DNA of 64,000 nt from an uncultured Clostridia bacterium. GTDB lineage: Bacteria > Bacillota > Clostridia > Oscillospirales > CAG-272. How positions within the stretch are numbered: position 1 is the first letter of the stretch; each line of letters begins with the position of its first letter. The stretch covers positions 21,649-85,648 of the forward strand of contig CANPZU010000004.1 in assembly GCA_947588825.1 (NCBI GenBank), given 5' to 3'. The notes beneath the pieces are model-generated. The model worked only from the letters and a program-made list of their open reading frames with translations, did no database searches and was not told where the DNA came from. Of the stretch, positions 16,279 to 24,400 are shown piece by piece. Made by a program: the position numbers and the translations under genes.

Positions 16279-16668
16279 ATGAGAAAATTTTTGATTATAA
16301 TGATTGCATTTGCATTTTTTAATCTTTCCGCTTGCGCCGAAGAATCATTAAGCGACGTAGAAGATTATTTTTCGGATGTTGAATTGGAAATGGATTTTTC
16401 CGAAATTTCCGCGCCGGACGGAAAGAAAATTTTTCAAATATTTGTTTTTCAAGATGAAGATGATGAAACAGACCAAAACGAAAGGCTTGATTCATTTGAT
16501 GAAAAAATATTAAGTATCAGCAATCAGGAATGGTTTGACTCGGATATTATATATTACACATTTTACAATCAAGAATCGGAAACTATTATTTTAAGCGGGA
16601 TTTATTATCTGCCAGATAAAGTTAAATACCACGTATGGGTATTAGATGATTATGAAGAAGTGAAATAG
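16279..16668 (+). CDS. Putative lipoprotein
   Basis: A signal peptide with lipobox, MRKFLIIMIAFAFFNLSAC, followed by acidic mature sequence. Confidence 0.65.
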   Translation: MRKFLIIMIAFAFFNLSACAEESLSDVEDYFSDVELEMDFSEISAPDGKKIFQIFVFQDEDDETDQNERLDSFDEKILSISNQEWFDSDIIYYTFYNQESETIILSGIYYLPDKVKYHVWVLDDYEEVK

Positions 16669-16675
16669 ATGGATT

Positions 16676-16702
16676 GAGCGGACAATGTTCCGCTCTTTTT
16701 TT
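16676..16702 (+). terminator. Rho-independent terminator
   Basis: GAGCGGA-CAATGT-TCCGCTC followed by TTTTTTT. Confidence 0.85.
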
Positions 16703-16713
16703 GAATTTTCTCC

Positions 16714-16742
16714 TTGACATTTTGAGCTACATAATATATATT
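16714..16742 (+). promoter_or_regulatory. Sigma-A-type promoter
   Basis: TTGACA, 17-nt spacer, TATATT. Confidence 0.6.
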
Positions 16743-16773
16743 TATTATGAGCTACAAAATAGGAGGTGAAAAT

Positions 16774-16950
16774 GTGGCTGAAAGGAAATCGGGCAGACCG
16801 ACTTCCAATCCGAAAGGAAAGCCCCGGCAAGTTAGGCTCGATGAAGAATGCGATACAATCTTAAAGAAGTATTGCAAGCAAGAGTCCATTCCAGAGTCGG
16901 AGGGAATACGGAGAGGGATAAGGAAATTAAAGCCCGAGATAAAAGAATAG
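16774..16950 (+). CDS. Ribbon-helix-helix (CopG-like) protein
   Basis: PRQVRLDEECDTILKKYCKQESIPESEGIRRGIRKL fits a strand-helix-helix pattern. GTG 16774 follows the RBS AGGAGGTGA, and ATG 16747 is an in-frame alternative. Confidence 0.5.
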   Translation: MAERKSGRPTSNPKGKPRQVRLDEECDTILKKYCKQESIPESEGIRRGIRKLKPEIKE

Positions 16951-17288
16951 AAGTTGCCCCGCTACCAACGAACGCAACTTCTAATCCAACACAGAGGTTT
17001 CCCACTGATAAATCTATTATATCAGCTTGGGATTCCTCTTTCAAGCAAAACTTGGAGGAAGTGTCGATAAAACGTATTCGACAAAATGTGACAGGCGCTT
17101 GTCGAAAGAAAATGCTTGCATTTTCCGGCGAGTTAATGTAAATTGTGGGTATTAATGTAAAAGTGGTGGCGGCCGATTTCGGGTTACAATACATCAAAAA
17201 AATCTTTTGTACGTTTAAAAATCGGTTGTACATTTCACGGTATCAGCACCGTCTCAGCTTTACGTATTTTTACCGCTATACGGTTTTA

Positions 17289-17420
17289 TCATTGGTGATT
17301 GTCGAGCCACACACGGTACATTCCGAGAGCGGTGGAAACCAACGTATAAAGTACGAAGAAATCCACGTCACCGAAACAGGAACCGAGCATGGAAACGATC
17401 AGTGCAATGACATATTCCAT
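17289..17420 (-). CDS. Small hydrophobic peptide (43 aa), toxin-like
   Basis: MEYVIALIVSMLGSCFGDVDFFVLYTLVSTALGMYRVWLDNHQ, with RBS AAAGGAGAG. The upstream minus-strand promoter is TTAACA, 17-nt spacer, TGgTATAAT. Confidence 0.4.
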   Translation of the reverse strand: MEYVIALIVSMLGSCFGDVDFFVLYTLVSTALGMYRVWLDNHQ

Positions 17421-17502
17421 AATGCTCTCCTTTCGGGACAAAATGGCCGTCATCACGATTACATTATACCACAATTTGACAGTTTGTTAATACTTTTATT
17501 CG

Positions 17503-17535
17503 ACACTTACCGACAAGGTAAGTGTATTTTTTTAC
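17503..17535 (+). terminator. Rho-independent terminator
   Basis: ACACTTACC-GACAA-GGTAAGTGT followed by ATTTTTTT. Confidence 0.85.
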
Positions 17536-17575
17536 AAAAGATAAAGCCCCATTTTGGGGAGAAGAGAGGAAAACC

Positions 17576-17833
17576 ATGAGAGAATACGAAAGAATAGCGG
17601 TTCTGAAGAACCAGATTAAGGAAATGGACGAGGACTTCGGCTTTTCCGTGAAGGATTTGCAGAAAATCAGCGGAAAACTTGTCGAAGCGCAGAGGGCAAA
17701 GGAACTCGGGCTGATTACGGACGAGGAAATGCGGCGCAAGCTGATATGGCTGATCGCAAGCCTTGAGAGCCTTGAGGAAAAACTGGAAACGTCACACTTC
17801 AACGGACAGCAGTTTTTGAAGGGGGTGGCGTGA
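17576..17833 (+). CDS. Hypothetical coiled-coil protein
   Basis: 85 aa, with RBS GAGAGGAAAA. Confidence 0.55.
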   Translation: MREYERIAVLKNQIKEMDEDFGFSVKDLQKISGKLVEAQRAKELGLITDEEMRRKLIWLIASLESLEEKLETSHFNGQQFLKGVA

Positions 17834-18174
17834 TGAACAGGGCGAGGGTGGAGAGCGCATTGCTCGAAATGGGAATGTCCATGAAGCCGCGCGGCTTTGA
17901 TTACATTTCCGACGCAGTTGTCCTTATGTCGGAATCAAAGGGCGGCAGGATAAATATGTACTTCCTCTACACGCTGATAGCGGAAAAGTACGGTACTGCG
18001 TGGACGTGCGTGGAAAGGGGCATCAGATACGCATTCGACAAAGTAAGGGGGAAAGAAAAGCACCGGGATGCCGTAGAGCATTACATAGGGATTGAGGATA
18101 AAACGAACACGGCTTCATTGAAGATGCTGTACCACGCCCTTAAGGTTGAGCAGGAAGGGGGCGCGGCGGCATGA
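17830..18174 (+). CDS. Spo0A C-terminal (DNA-binding) domain-like protein
   Basis: ...GFDYISDAVVLMSE...LYTLIAEKYGTAWTCVERGIRYAFDKV... follows the Spo0A_C pattern (G..Y...AI......LY..IA.....T...VERAIRHAI). Confidence 0.6.
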   Translation: MMNRARVESALLEMGMSMKPRGFDYISDAVVLMSESKGGRINMYFLYTLIAEKYGTAWTCVERGIRYAFDKVRGKEKHRDAVEHYIGIEDKTNTASLKMLYHALKVEQEGGAAA

Positions 18175-18392
18175 AGGATGGAATCCGGGACAATTACTAC
18201 TTGGCGAATGAGAGTTTGAGAAGCGCCGCGACCACTACCAAAATATGCAGAGATTACATCAAAGGGAAAAAGGCAAAGGCATTAGCAGATAGCGCGCTGA
18301 ATGACATTGAAGAGTACATCAAAAAGGCTCAAGAGCACTTAAAAATCCTTTGCGAACTGGCAGAAGCACAGAAAGGTGGTGCTGAGTCGTGA
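18171..18392 (+). CDS. Hypothetical helical protein
   Basis: A 73-aa ORF with overlapping start and stop codons on both sides. Confidence 0.5.
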   Translation: MKDGIRDNYYLANESLRSAATTTKICRDYIKGKKAKALADSALNDIEEYIKKAQEHLKILCELAEAQKGGAES

Positions 18393-18718
18393 GTAAGAGA
18401 AGGAAATTCACGTACCGCGAGAAATGCGAGGTGTACGCCCGGAGCAATGGGAGATGCGCAATCTGCGGAGAACATTTACAATTCAATAGAATGACGATAG
18501 ACCACAAGATTCCCCTGTCAAAGGGCGGCACAAATGCAATGAACAACCTGCAGGCGGCTTGCCTGTCCTGCAACCGATCAAAATGCGACATGACTCCTGC
18601 GGAGTTTTTCGGAAAGCTGATTTCGGTCGCCTGCAACAGCAAGATGCAGATTGCAAAGTATTGCATTGTGAAGATGCTCGGTTTAAATACAAAAGATGAA
18701 AGGGGAGTTGTGGCATGA
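18389..18718 (+). CDS. HNH endonuclease
   Basis: CAICGEHL...IDHKIPLSKGGTNAMNNLQAACLSCNRSK is a classic HNH motif. Confidence 0.85.
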   Translation: MSKRRKFTYREKCEVYARSNGRCAICGEHLQFNRMTIDHKIPLSKGGTNAMNNLQAACLSCNRSKCDMTPAEFFGKLISVACNSKMQIAKYCIVKMLGLNTKDERGVVA

Positions 18719-19482
18719 ATGATATAATTGTGAAGAACGTCGATGTTATGGGAGATATGGTTACAGCCGCAAAAGACATTGACGGAAATATATGGGTTGG
18801 AGTTAAATATATATGTGACGCTCTTGAAATGAGCGAGGGGCAAGTGAAACGCCAGATCAAAAACATTCATAATGATATGGTGTTTCAAGGGGGATCAAAT
18901 CAGATCCCCCTTCCGACAAACAGAGGAAGTCAGACAGTTTTTTGCATAAGGAATGATTTCATTCCGCTTTGGCTCGCAAGGATTAACATAACAGAGAAAA
19001 CAAGAAAAGAACGTCCAGAGTTTGCCGCAAAGCTTCTCGACTACCAACTCAAAGCCAAAGACATCCTCGCCGAAGCGTTCTATCCGAAGCAGACGCTCCC
19101 GACCACGACCGAGGGAAAGATACAGCTTCTCGCGCAGGGGAACGTCGAGCTGAACAAGAAAGTGGACACGCTGACGGAGCGCATTGACAAACTGGAAATG
19201 GATTTGCCGCTGTTCCCGTCCGAAGCCGAAGAGGTTTCCAATGCGGCAAAGCGGCGCGGAGTCGAGGTTCTGGGCGGCAAACGTTCGGCGGCATACCGCA
19301 ACAAGTCTATCCGGGCGAAAGTTTACCGTACGCTGTATTTGTATCTGAATTATAACTTCGGCACGAGGCGGTACAAGGAAATCAAGCGCGGAATGATGGA
19401 CAAAGCGGTCGAGATCGCGGAGACGTGGACGCCGCCGGAGTTTCTTGCGAGGGAGATTGCCGGGGAGAATTCGCAAAATTGA
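18715..19482 (+). CDS. Antirepressor-type protein (P22 AR N-terminal-like plus ORF6C-like)
   Basis: The N terminus reads WVGVKYICDALEMSEGQVKRQIKNI...NDFIPLWLARIN. The C terminus (LPLFPSEAEEVSNAAKRRG...) parallels the C terminus of the 14793 gene. Confidence 0.6.
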   Translation: MNDIIVKNVDVMGDMVTAAKDIDGNIWVGVKYICDALEMSEGQVKRQIKNIHNDMVFQGGSNQIPLPTNRGSQTVFCIRNDFIPLWLARINITEKTRKERPEFAAKLLDYQLKAKDILAEAFYPKQTLPTTTEGKIQLLAQGNVELNKKVDTLTERIDKLEMDLPLFPSEAEEVSNAAKRRGVEVLGGKRSAAYRNKSIRAKVYRTLYLYLNYNFGTRRYKEIKRGMMDKAVEIAETWTPPEFLAREIAGENSQN

Positions 19483-19491
19483 TTTTGTATA

Positions 19492-19520
19492 TTGAAATCG
19501 CGAAACGCATATGCTATAAT
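19492..19520 (+). promoter_or_regulatory. Consensus sigma-A promoter driving a short RNA
   Basis: TTGAAA (19492-97), 17-nt spacer, TATAAT (19515-20). Confidence 0.7.
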
Positions 19521-19526
19521 GCCGCT

Positions 19527-19600
19527 AGGCAAGAAAGGATAGTAAAACCTGCATAGTAGCGCAAAACGAAAACCCCGGAGGTGGCTTCTCCGGGATTTTC
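19527..19600 (+). ncRNA. Candidate ~70-nt sRNA (type I antitoxin-like)
   Basis: It runs between the consensus promoter and the terminator CCCGGAG-GTGGCTT-CTCCGGG followed by ATTTTCT (19574-19600). Nt 19533-62 match 24 of 30 positions of the antisense of the toxin-1 SD/start region (19716-45). Confidence 0.5.
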
Positions 19601-19650
19601 TATTCTCAATTTCGGCAGTGGGAGAGCTTAACCCCACAGGATAGTTGCCG

Positions 19651-19737
19651 CTATTCGCCGCCGTCTAACCATTTGATGATGTAGTGGCAAACTACACCAG
19701 CCGCAACAGCGGCGAGAAAAGATAGTAAGGCTTGCAT
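19651..19737 (-). CDS. Type I toxin-like hydrophobic peptide, 28 aa
   Basis: I translated it by hand as MQALLSFLAAVAAGVVCHYIIKWLDGGE. The RBS AAAGGGGG lies 5-7 nt upstream. It is not in the ORF track because it is under 60 aa. The aromatic-WL ending resembles Fst/SprA1/Lpt-type toxins. Confidence 0.6.
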   Translation of the reverse strand: MQALLSFLAAVAAGVVCHYIIKWLDGGE

Positions 19738-19781
19738 AATAGCACCCCCTTTCCTGCCAGTATAGGGGTGGCAACGAAACA

Positions 19782-19809
19782 ATTATATCATAAAAAGGGG
19801 AAATGGCAA
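19782..19809 (-). promoter_or_regulatory. Promoter for toxin-1 mRNA
   Basis: On the minus strand: TTGCCA, 16-nt spacer, TGaTATAAT (extended -10). Confidence 0.6.
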
Positions 19810-19822
19810 TGTTCAATTAATG

Positions 19823-19851
19823 TTGCAAATGGAACAAAGAAGTGGTAATAT
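19823..19851 (+). promoter_or_regulatory. Promoter for an RNA antisense to toxin 2
   Basis: TTGCAA, 17-nt spacer, TAATAT. It sits back to back with the toxin-1 promoter. Confidence 0.55.
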
Positions 19852-19891
19852 AAAAAGGGCACTATACGGCGGTGGTTGACCTCAGCCAGTA

Positions 19892-19932
19892 CAGAAAGCA
19901 CTAAGCCTTGGTCGGACTGTTAGTGCTTTCTG
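19892..19932. repeat. Perfect 13-bp inverted repeat (stem-loop) over the toxin-2 stop codon
   Basis: CAGAAAGCACTAA (19892-19904) pairs with TTAGTGCTTTCTG (19920-19932), with a 15-nt loop. Confidence 0.85.
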
Positions 19933-20006
19933 GAAACATTGAAGATTAAAGTCGCAAAGGCAATCAAAACCGCCGTATACGCGAACAAATCACCGTATGT
20001 AACCAT
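19920..20006 (-). CDS. Type I toxin-like peptide, 28 aa (TxpA/BsrG/holin-like-toxin type)
   Basis: I translated it by hand as MVTYGDLFAYTAVLIAFATLIFNVSRKH, with RBS AAAGGGGGA. The N terminus resembles M.TYE.L of TxpA/BsrG. The 5' UTR can sequester the SD (20014-20037). Confidence 0.6.
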   Translation of the reverse strand: MVTYGDLFAYTAVLIAFATLIFNVSRKH

Positions 20007-20075
20007 AAGCATTCCCCCTTTCATTAAATGAAAGAGGTCAGCCACAACCGTCCTCCCCGATAGCACCCAGACAAC

Positions 20076-20104
20076 ATTTTAATACAAATCAAATTCAAAA
20101 ACAA
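20076..20104 (-). promoter_or_regulatory. Possible promoter for toxin-2 mRNA
   Basis: On the minus strand: TTGTTT, 17-nt spacer, TAAAAT. Confidence 0.35.
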
Positions 20105-20114
20105 CAAGAAATTC

Positions 20115-20139
20115 GAGCGTCCTTCGGGGCGCTCTTTTT
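20115..20139 (+). terminator. Strong terminator with UUCG tetraloop
   Basis: GAGCGTCC-TTCG-GGGCGCTC followed by TTTTT. Confidence 0.85.
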
Positions 20140-20150
20140 GTGGAGGAAAT

Positions 20151-20450
20151 ATGTTCTGGAAAAGGAAGAAAAAAACACAAAATATGATAGATACGAGCAT
20201 AGAGGCGTACCGGGAACTTGGTATTAATTTAACCAAAGAGCAATTTGAGGATTTGGTTTGCATTAATCTGATGGCAAACAGCGAAGAGTGCAAAACGACC
20301 CCGACACATTGGGTTATGCTCCTTTTCAAATATCTCAATATATTACCACCCGAACTTGTGTGTGAAGTAAGCGATAACGAGTCCGCTGATGATTCCGAGA
20401 ATGTAGGAAACGACGTATTTCAAAAGCGATACGGAAAGCTTAAATACTGA
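20151..20450 (+). CDS. Hypothetical protein
   Basis: A 99-aa ORF with RBS GGAGGA. Its 3' ~100 nt overlap the convergent gene. Confidence 0.45.
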   Translation: MFWKRKKKTQNMIDTSIEAYRELGINLTKEQFEDLVCINLMANSEECKTTPTHWVMLLFKYLNILPPELVCEVSDNESADDSENVGNDVFQKRYGKLKY

Positions 20451-20687
20451 CTTTGCCTTTTTCTTGGCAGGGCTTACATAAGCGGCCTTTCCTTGCGGAA
20501 ATATGTGGAAAGAATCCGATCCGTTCATTGCAATATAGTTTTGAGATTCTAGGCTCTTGATAAAGGGAAGGCAATTGTTTGTTGTCATGCCGTATTCCTT
20601 TGCAAGTTTGGTAATGGTACAATCATCATATTCGTTGGCGAGCTTGATAGCCGCGCCGAGGAAATCATTATCATTCGTAATTTTCAT
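20343..20687 (-). CDS. wHTH-like protein with C-terminal TM helix
   Basis: The N-terminal sequence ITKLAKEYGMTTNNCLPFIKSLESQNYI is HTH-like. The C-terminal sequence YILGIISGLVIAYF is a TM helix. Confidence 0.55.
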   Translation of the reverse strand: MKITNDNDFLGAAIKLANEYDDCTITKLAKEYGMTTNNCLPFIKSLESQNYIAMNGSDSFHIFPQGKAAYVSPAKKKAKSVFKLSVSLLKYVVSYILGIISGLVIAYFTHKFGW

Positions 20688-20763
20688 ACTTTTTCTCCTT
20701 AGTAAGATGGAGAAATTATACCATATTCCGACAAAATTTTTAATACTTTATGGGGGAATCAAA

Positions 20764-20976
20764 ATGAATAAAACATATGTCGTTCCGTACACAGAGGAAC
20801 AAAAGGAAATGCTAAAAAAAAGAAGCGAATCAATTTACGCACAAAGAGCGCCGATCTCGGAAGCGACCGGCGCAGTATTGCTCGACTGTCTTGGAGAAAT
20901 CCAAAACGCGCTTCAAACTCTTACAGAAGAAGTAAGAAAATTAGAAGCTATTGTTCTGGACGCAAAAAACCGATAG
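20764..20976 (+). CDS. Hypothetical small protein
   Basis: 70 aa. RBS GGGGGA before ATG 20764. Confidence 0.5.
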   Translation: MNKTYVVPYTEEQKEMLKKRSESIYAQRAPISEATGAVLLDCLGEIQNALQTLTEEVRKLEAIVLDAKNR

Positions 20977-21280
20977 TTCTTTTCGGTCTGTCCGGCTCTT
21001 TTGGTATGGATGTCAAAAGAAAGTTTAATTGACTGACGTGCTGAATTAGAGTAGAATATGTCCCTTTTACATAGCCACGGAAAACCATCAAAACAGATTC
21101 CTCGTAGCTTATTTCGGTAACTTGCATTAAAATAGATTGACCGAAATTTGTGAGAAGAATGCCTACTTCATGTTCAGAATCAAGGGTTTCCTCGAACTTT
21201 TTGATATGCTTTTGGAGGATTTCAAACTGCGTATCAGAATATTGATACATAATTGGGGTAGAAAAATCAGAACCGAACAT
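20948..21280 (-). CDS. Hypothetical protein
   Basis: 110 aa with RBS AAAGGAG. An extended -10 element (TGGTATAAT) lies upstream on the minus strand. Confidence 0.55.
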   Translation of the reverse strand: MFGSDFSTPIMYQYSDTQFEILQKHIKKFEETLDSEHEVGILLTNFGQSILMQVTEISYEESVLMVFRGYVKGTYSTLIQHVSQLNFLLTSIPKEPDRPKRTIGFLRPEQ

Positions 21281-21330
21281 ACGAAACGCTCCTTTATCTT
21301 TAGTATAGATTGAATTATACCATATTTCGA

Positions 21331-21356
21331 CAGGGTTTGCACCCTGTTATTTTTAT
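21331..21356 (+). terminator. Hairpin terminator
   Basis: CAGGGT-TTGC-ACCCTG followed by TTATTTTTA. Confidence 0.6.
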
Positions 21357-21415
21357 GCAAACCGACTCACATTCGGAGTGAGCCGCTAACCTCGAAAAGT
21401 TGGAGGTAGATTCTT

Positions 21416-24400
21416 ATGGCAAACGATGTAATTGATACCCTGTCGCTTGAAATTAATTCTTCGGCGAAGAATGCCTATGCTTCCATCGACGCATTACTCG
21501 GGAGGCTTAACAAACTTAACGGCGCGTTAAATGGAATTAACACAGGCAGGCTTAATAGCCTTTCAACAAGCGTTTCGAGACTAGGGCAATCTGTGAGTAC
21601 ATTCACACAGAATGTAAAAACCGCAGATTTTACCAGAATTGCAAGCGGCTTGAACAAGTTGGCTACTGTTGATTTTTCGGGGCTTGCGAATACGGCAGGT
21701 GCAATTCATAACCTTTCCAACAGCCTTACTGGATTAAATGGGATTTCTTTCGACGCGCAGGGTCTCACAAACCTCATTAACGGCGTATCAAAGTTAGGAA
21801 GGAAAACCGTTACTCAAGCGGCGCAAAATATACCGCAACTCACGACCGCACTTTCCGGGCTTGTGACACAATTAAACAGCATCGGAACTATAAATTTTGA
21901 TTTAACAAGTCTTTCAAACCTTGTATCTTCCGTGTCAAGGCTCGGTGGGAAAAACGCCGGAAATGCTCCGCAAAATATGCAGAACATCGCCAACGGACTT
22001 AAGAACATGATGGCTACGCTGTCGAAAGCGCCGAGGGTAAGCAACAATGTTATCCGTCTTGCGGAAGCAATGGGGCGTATCTCTTCCAATGGCTCTAGGG
22101 CAGGAGCGGCGGCGAGAAGTTTGTCTAGCAATATTCGGTCATTCGGCAACAGTGCAACGAAAACAGAAAAGAAAACAAGAAGCCTTGCGCTTTCTATCGG
22201 AAAGCTTGTTGCCGCTTTTTATGCAATAAAACGAATCGGAAAGGGACTATTTGAATCGGTTGAAAACTCAATGAATTATCTTGAGACTTTCAACTATTTT
22301 AATGCCGCGTTTAATCAAGTGGCGGATAAGGCGGCAGGTGAGTGGCAGGAAGCCGGTTATAAATCTGCGGAGGAATACGCAAACTCATTCAGCAAGAGGG
22401 CACGTGAACTTACCGCGAAAATGACCGGCTTTAATGTTGCCGATAACGGTCTTTTGGCGGAAACGGGCGGAGCATCGCTTGGAATGGACGCAAATATGCT
22501 CTTGAATTATCAAGCGACTTTCGGGCAGATTTCCTCTTCGATGGGGGTTGCGTCTGAAAATGCCTTGCGTCTATCTGACGCGCTGACGATGATCGGCGCA
22601 GACCTTGCGTCCGTGAGAAATGAAGATTTCTCGAAAGTATATGACAACTTAACATCCGGTATTGTCGGAATGAGCCGTGCGGTTGATAAGTACGGCGTAA
22701 ATATCAGAGTTGCCAATCTGGAACAACAGGCGCAGGCGCTCGGAATAAACGCGTCTGTCTCAGCGATGAGTCAAGCCGACAAGGCACTATTGAGAACTAT
22801 TACAATCCTAGACTCAACGCGCTATGCATGGGCAGATTTGTCGAAAACGATCAATATGCCTGCCAATCAGATAAGACTTTTAAAGCAGAACTTTGTTGCT
22901 TTGTCTCGCTCAATCGGAAACATTTTCTTGCCGATCGTGGCAAAAGTTTTGCCGTATCTGAACGCGATGACGATAGCGCTCCGCAGGCTTTTTGAGTTTA
23001 TCGGGAAACTGCTCGGCGTGGACAAAACGATAGGAGACTGGGGTTCTTCCGTCGCCGGTGGTTCTGATGCGCTTTCTGACGCTCTGGATTCTCTCGATAC
23101 CGACGTTCCGACGGATGGGGTGGACAATCTAAGCGATTCTCTTTCCAACGCAAAGGACAAGGCGAAAGAGCTTGAAAAGCGGCTTGCCTCTTGGGATGAA
23201 CTTGAGGTAATCAATCCAAAACAAGACTCCGTAGACGATTACAAATTACCGTCAATCGGAGACATGGCGGCAGATGCCGGACTTGGCGATTATTCAGACA
23301 TTCTGGGCGGCGCTCTTGATGATATTTTGTCTGAATATGAAAAAGCGTGGAACGATGCTTTTAATAGCCTTGACAATAAGGCCGTTAAGATAGCGAACGA
23401 AATAGAAAAAGCGTTCAAGAGCCTTGCAAAAACAGCAAAACCAACAACAGAGGCAATTAAAAAACTCTGGAATGAGGGGTTGAAAAAACTCGGGAACTTC
23501 ACATGGGATACCATAAAGGATTTCTGGAATAATTTCCTGAAGCCGATGGGAACATGGATGCTATCCGACGACGCAGGACTTCCGAGATTTTTCAATATTA
23601 CAAACGATTTACTCAACGAAATTGAATGGGATAGGCTGAATACGTCGCTTGAGAATTTCTTTACTTCCTTACAGAAGCCGGCAAAGTTTGTATGGACTTC
23701 TCTCATGGACTTCTACGAGAAGTTTTTGAAACCGATTTCTGTATGGACAATGAGCGAAGCTATCCCGGATTTGGTTGATGCCCTCACTGACTTTAACGAT
23801 AAGATTAAGTGGGATGAAATAAATGAAGCACTTTCGAATTTCTGGGAAGCGCTTGAGCCATTTGCGGAGTCTGTCGGTCGAGGGCTTGTAAATTTCTTTA
23901 AAGATTTGCTTTCTGTCGGTGCGGACTTTATCAATGCTACAGTACCGGACGGATTAAATTCCTTAGCGGACGCTATAAAGAAAATCAGCCCGGAGACTGC
24001 TGAAAAAATCGGAGAGGGAATCGGGAAGATTGCGCTTGCGCTTGCAGGATTTAAAGGGCTGAACAAGATATCTCAACTATTCGACAAAAAAGGTGCAATA
24101 GGGAAAATATTTGTTGAACTTGCAAAACATCCATACTTTACCATCGCATCTGGCGTGCTTGCAGTTGTCGGCGCTCTTGACAATTTCGGCATTATTGAAG
24201 TTGACTGGGAGTTTTTATATAACAAATTCAAAGATATTAAAGATATACTTGCCGATTTTGTAGATAAAATTGATTGGCAAACAATAAAAGACGGAATCGG
24301 GAAATTTTGGAGCGCATTTCAGCCGTTTGCCGAGGGTTTTGCGGACGGATTTATCGATGCGCTTGATAAGATAGTAAATGGCATAGGCGCTCCATTAATC

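Noticed and set aside
19628-19816. 62-aa minus-strand ORF from the track overlapping the toxin-1 locus.
   Set aside because: It is in a different frame from the RBS-preceded 28-codon ORF, has no Shine-Dalgarno site, gives an R/C/W-rich translation, and spans the promoter it would need.
20343-20450. 108-nt convergent overlap of 20151..20450(+) with 20343..20687(-), considered as a possible regulatory antisense arrangement.
   Set aside because: The last ~35 codons of the + ORF are probably just read-through opposite the TM-helix codons of the minus gene. Nothing else supports a functional overlap. Both are kept as low/medium-confidence CDS calls only.
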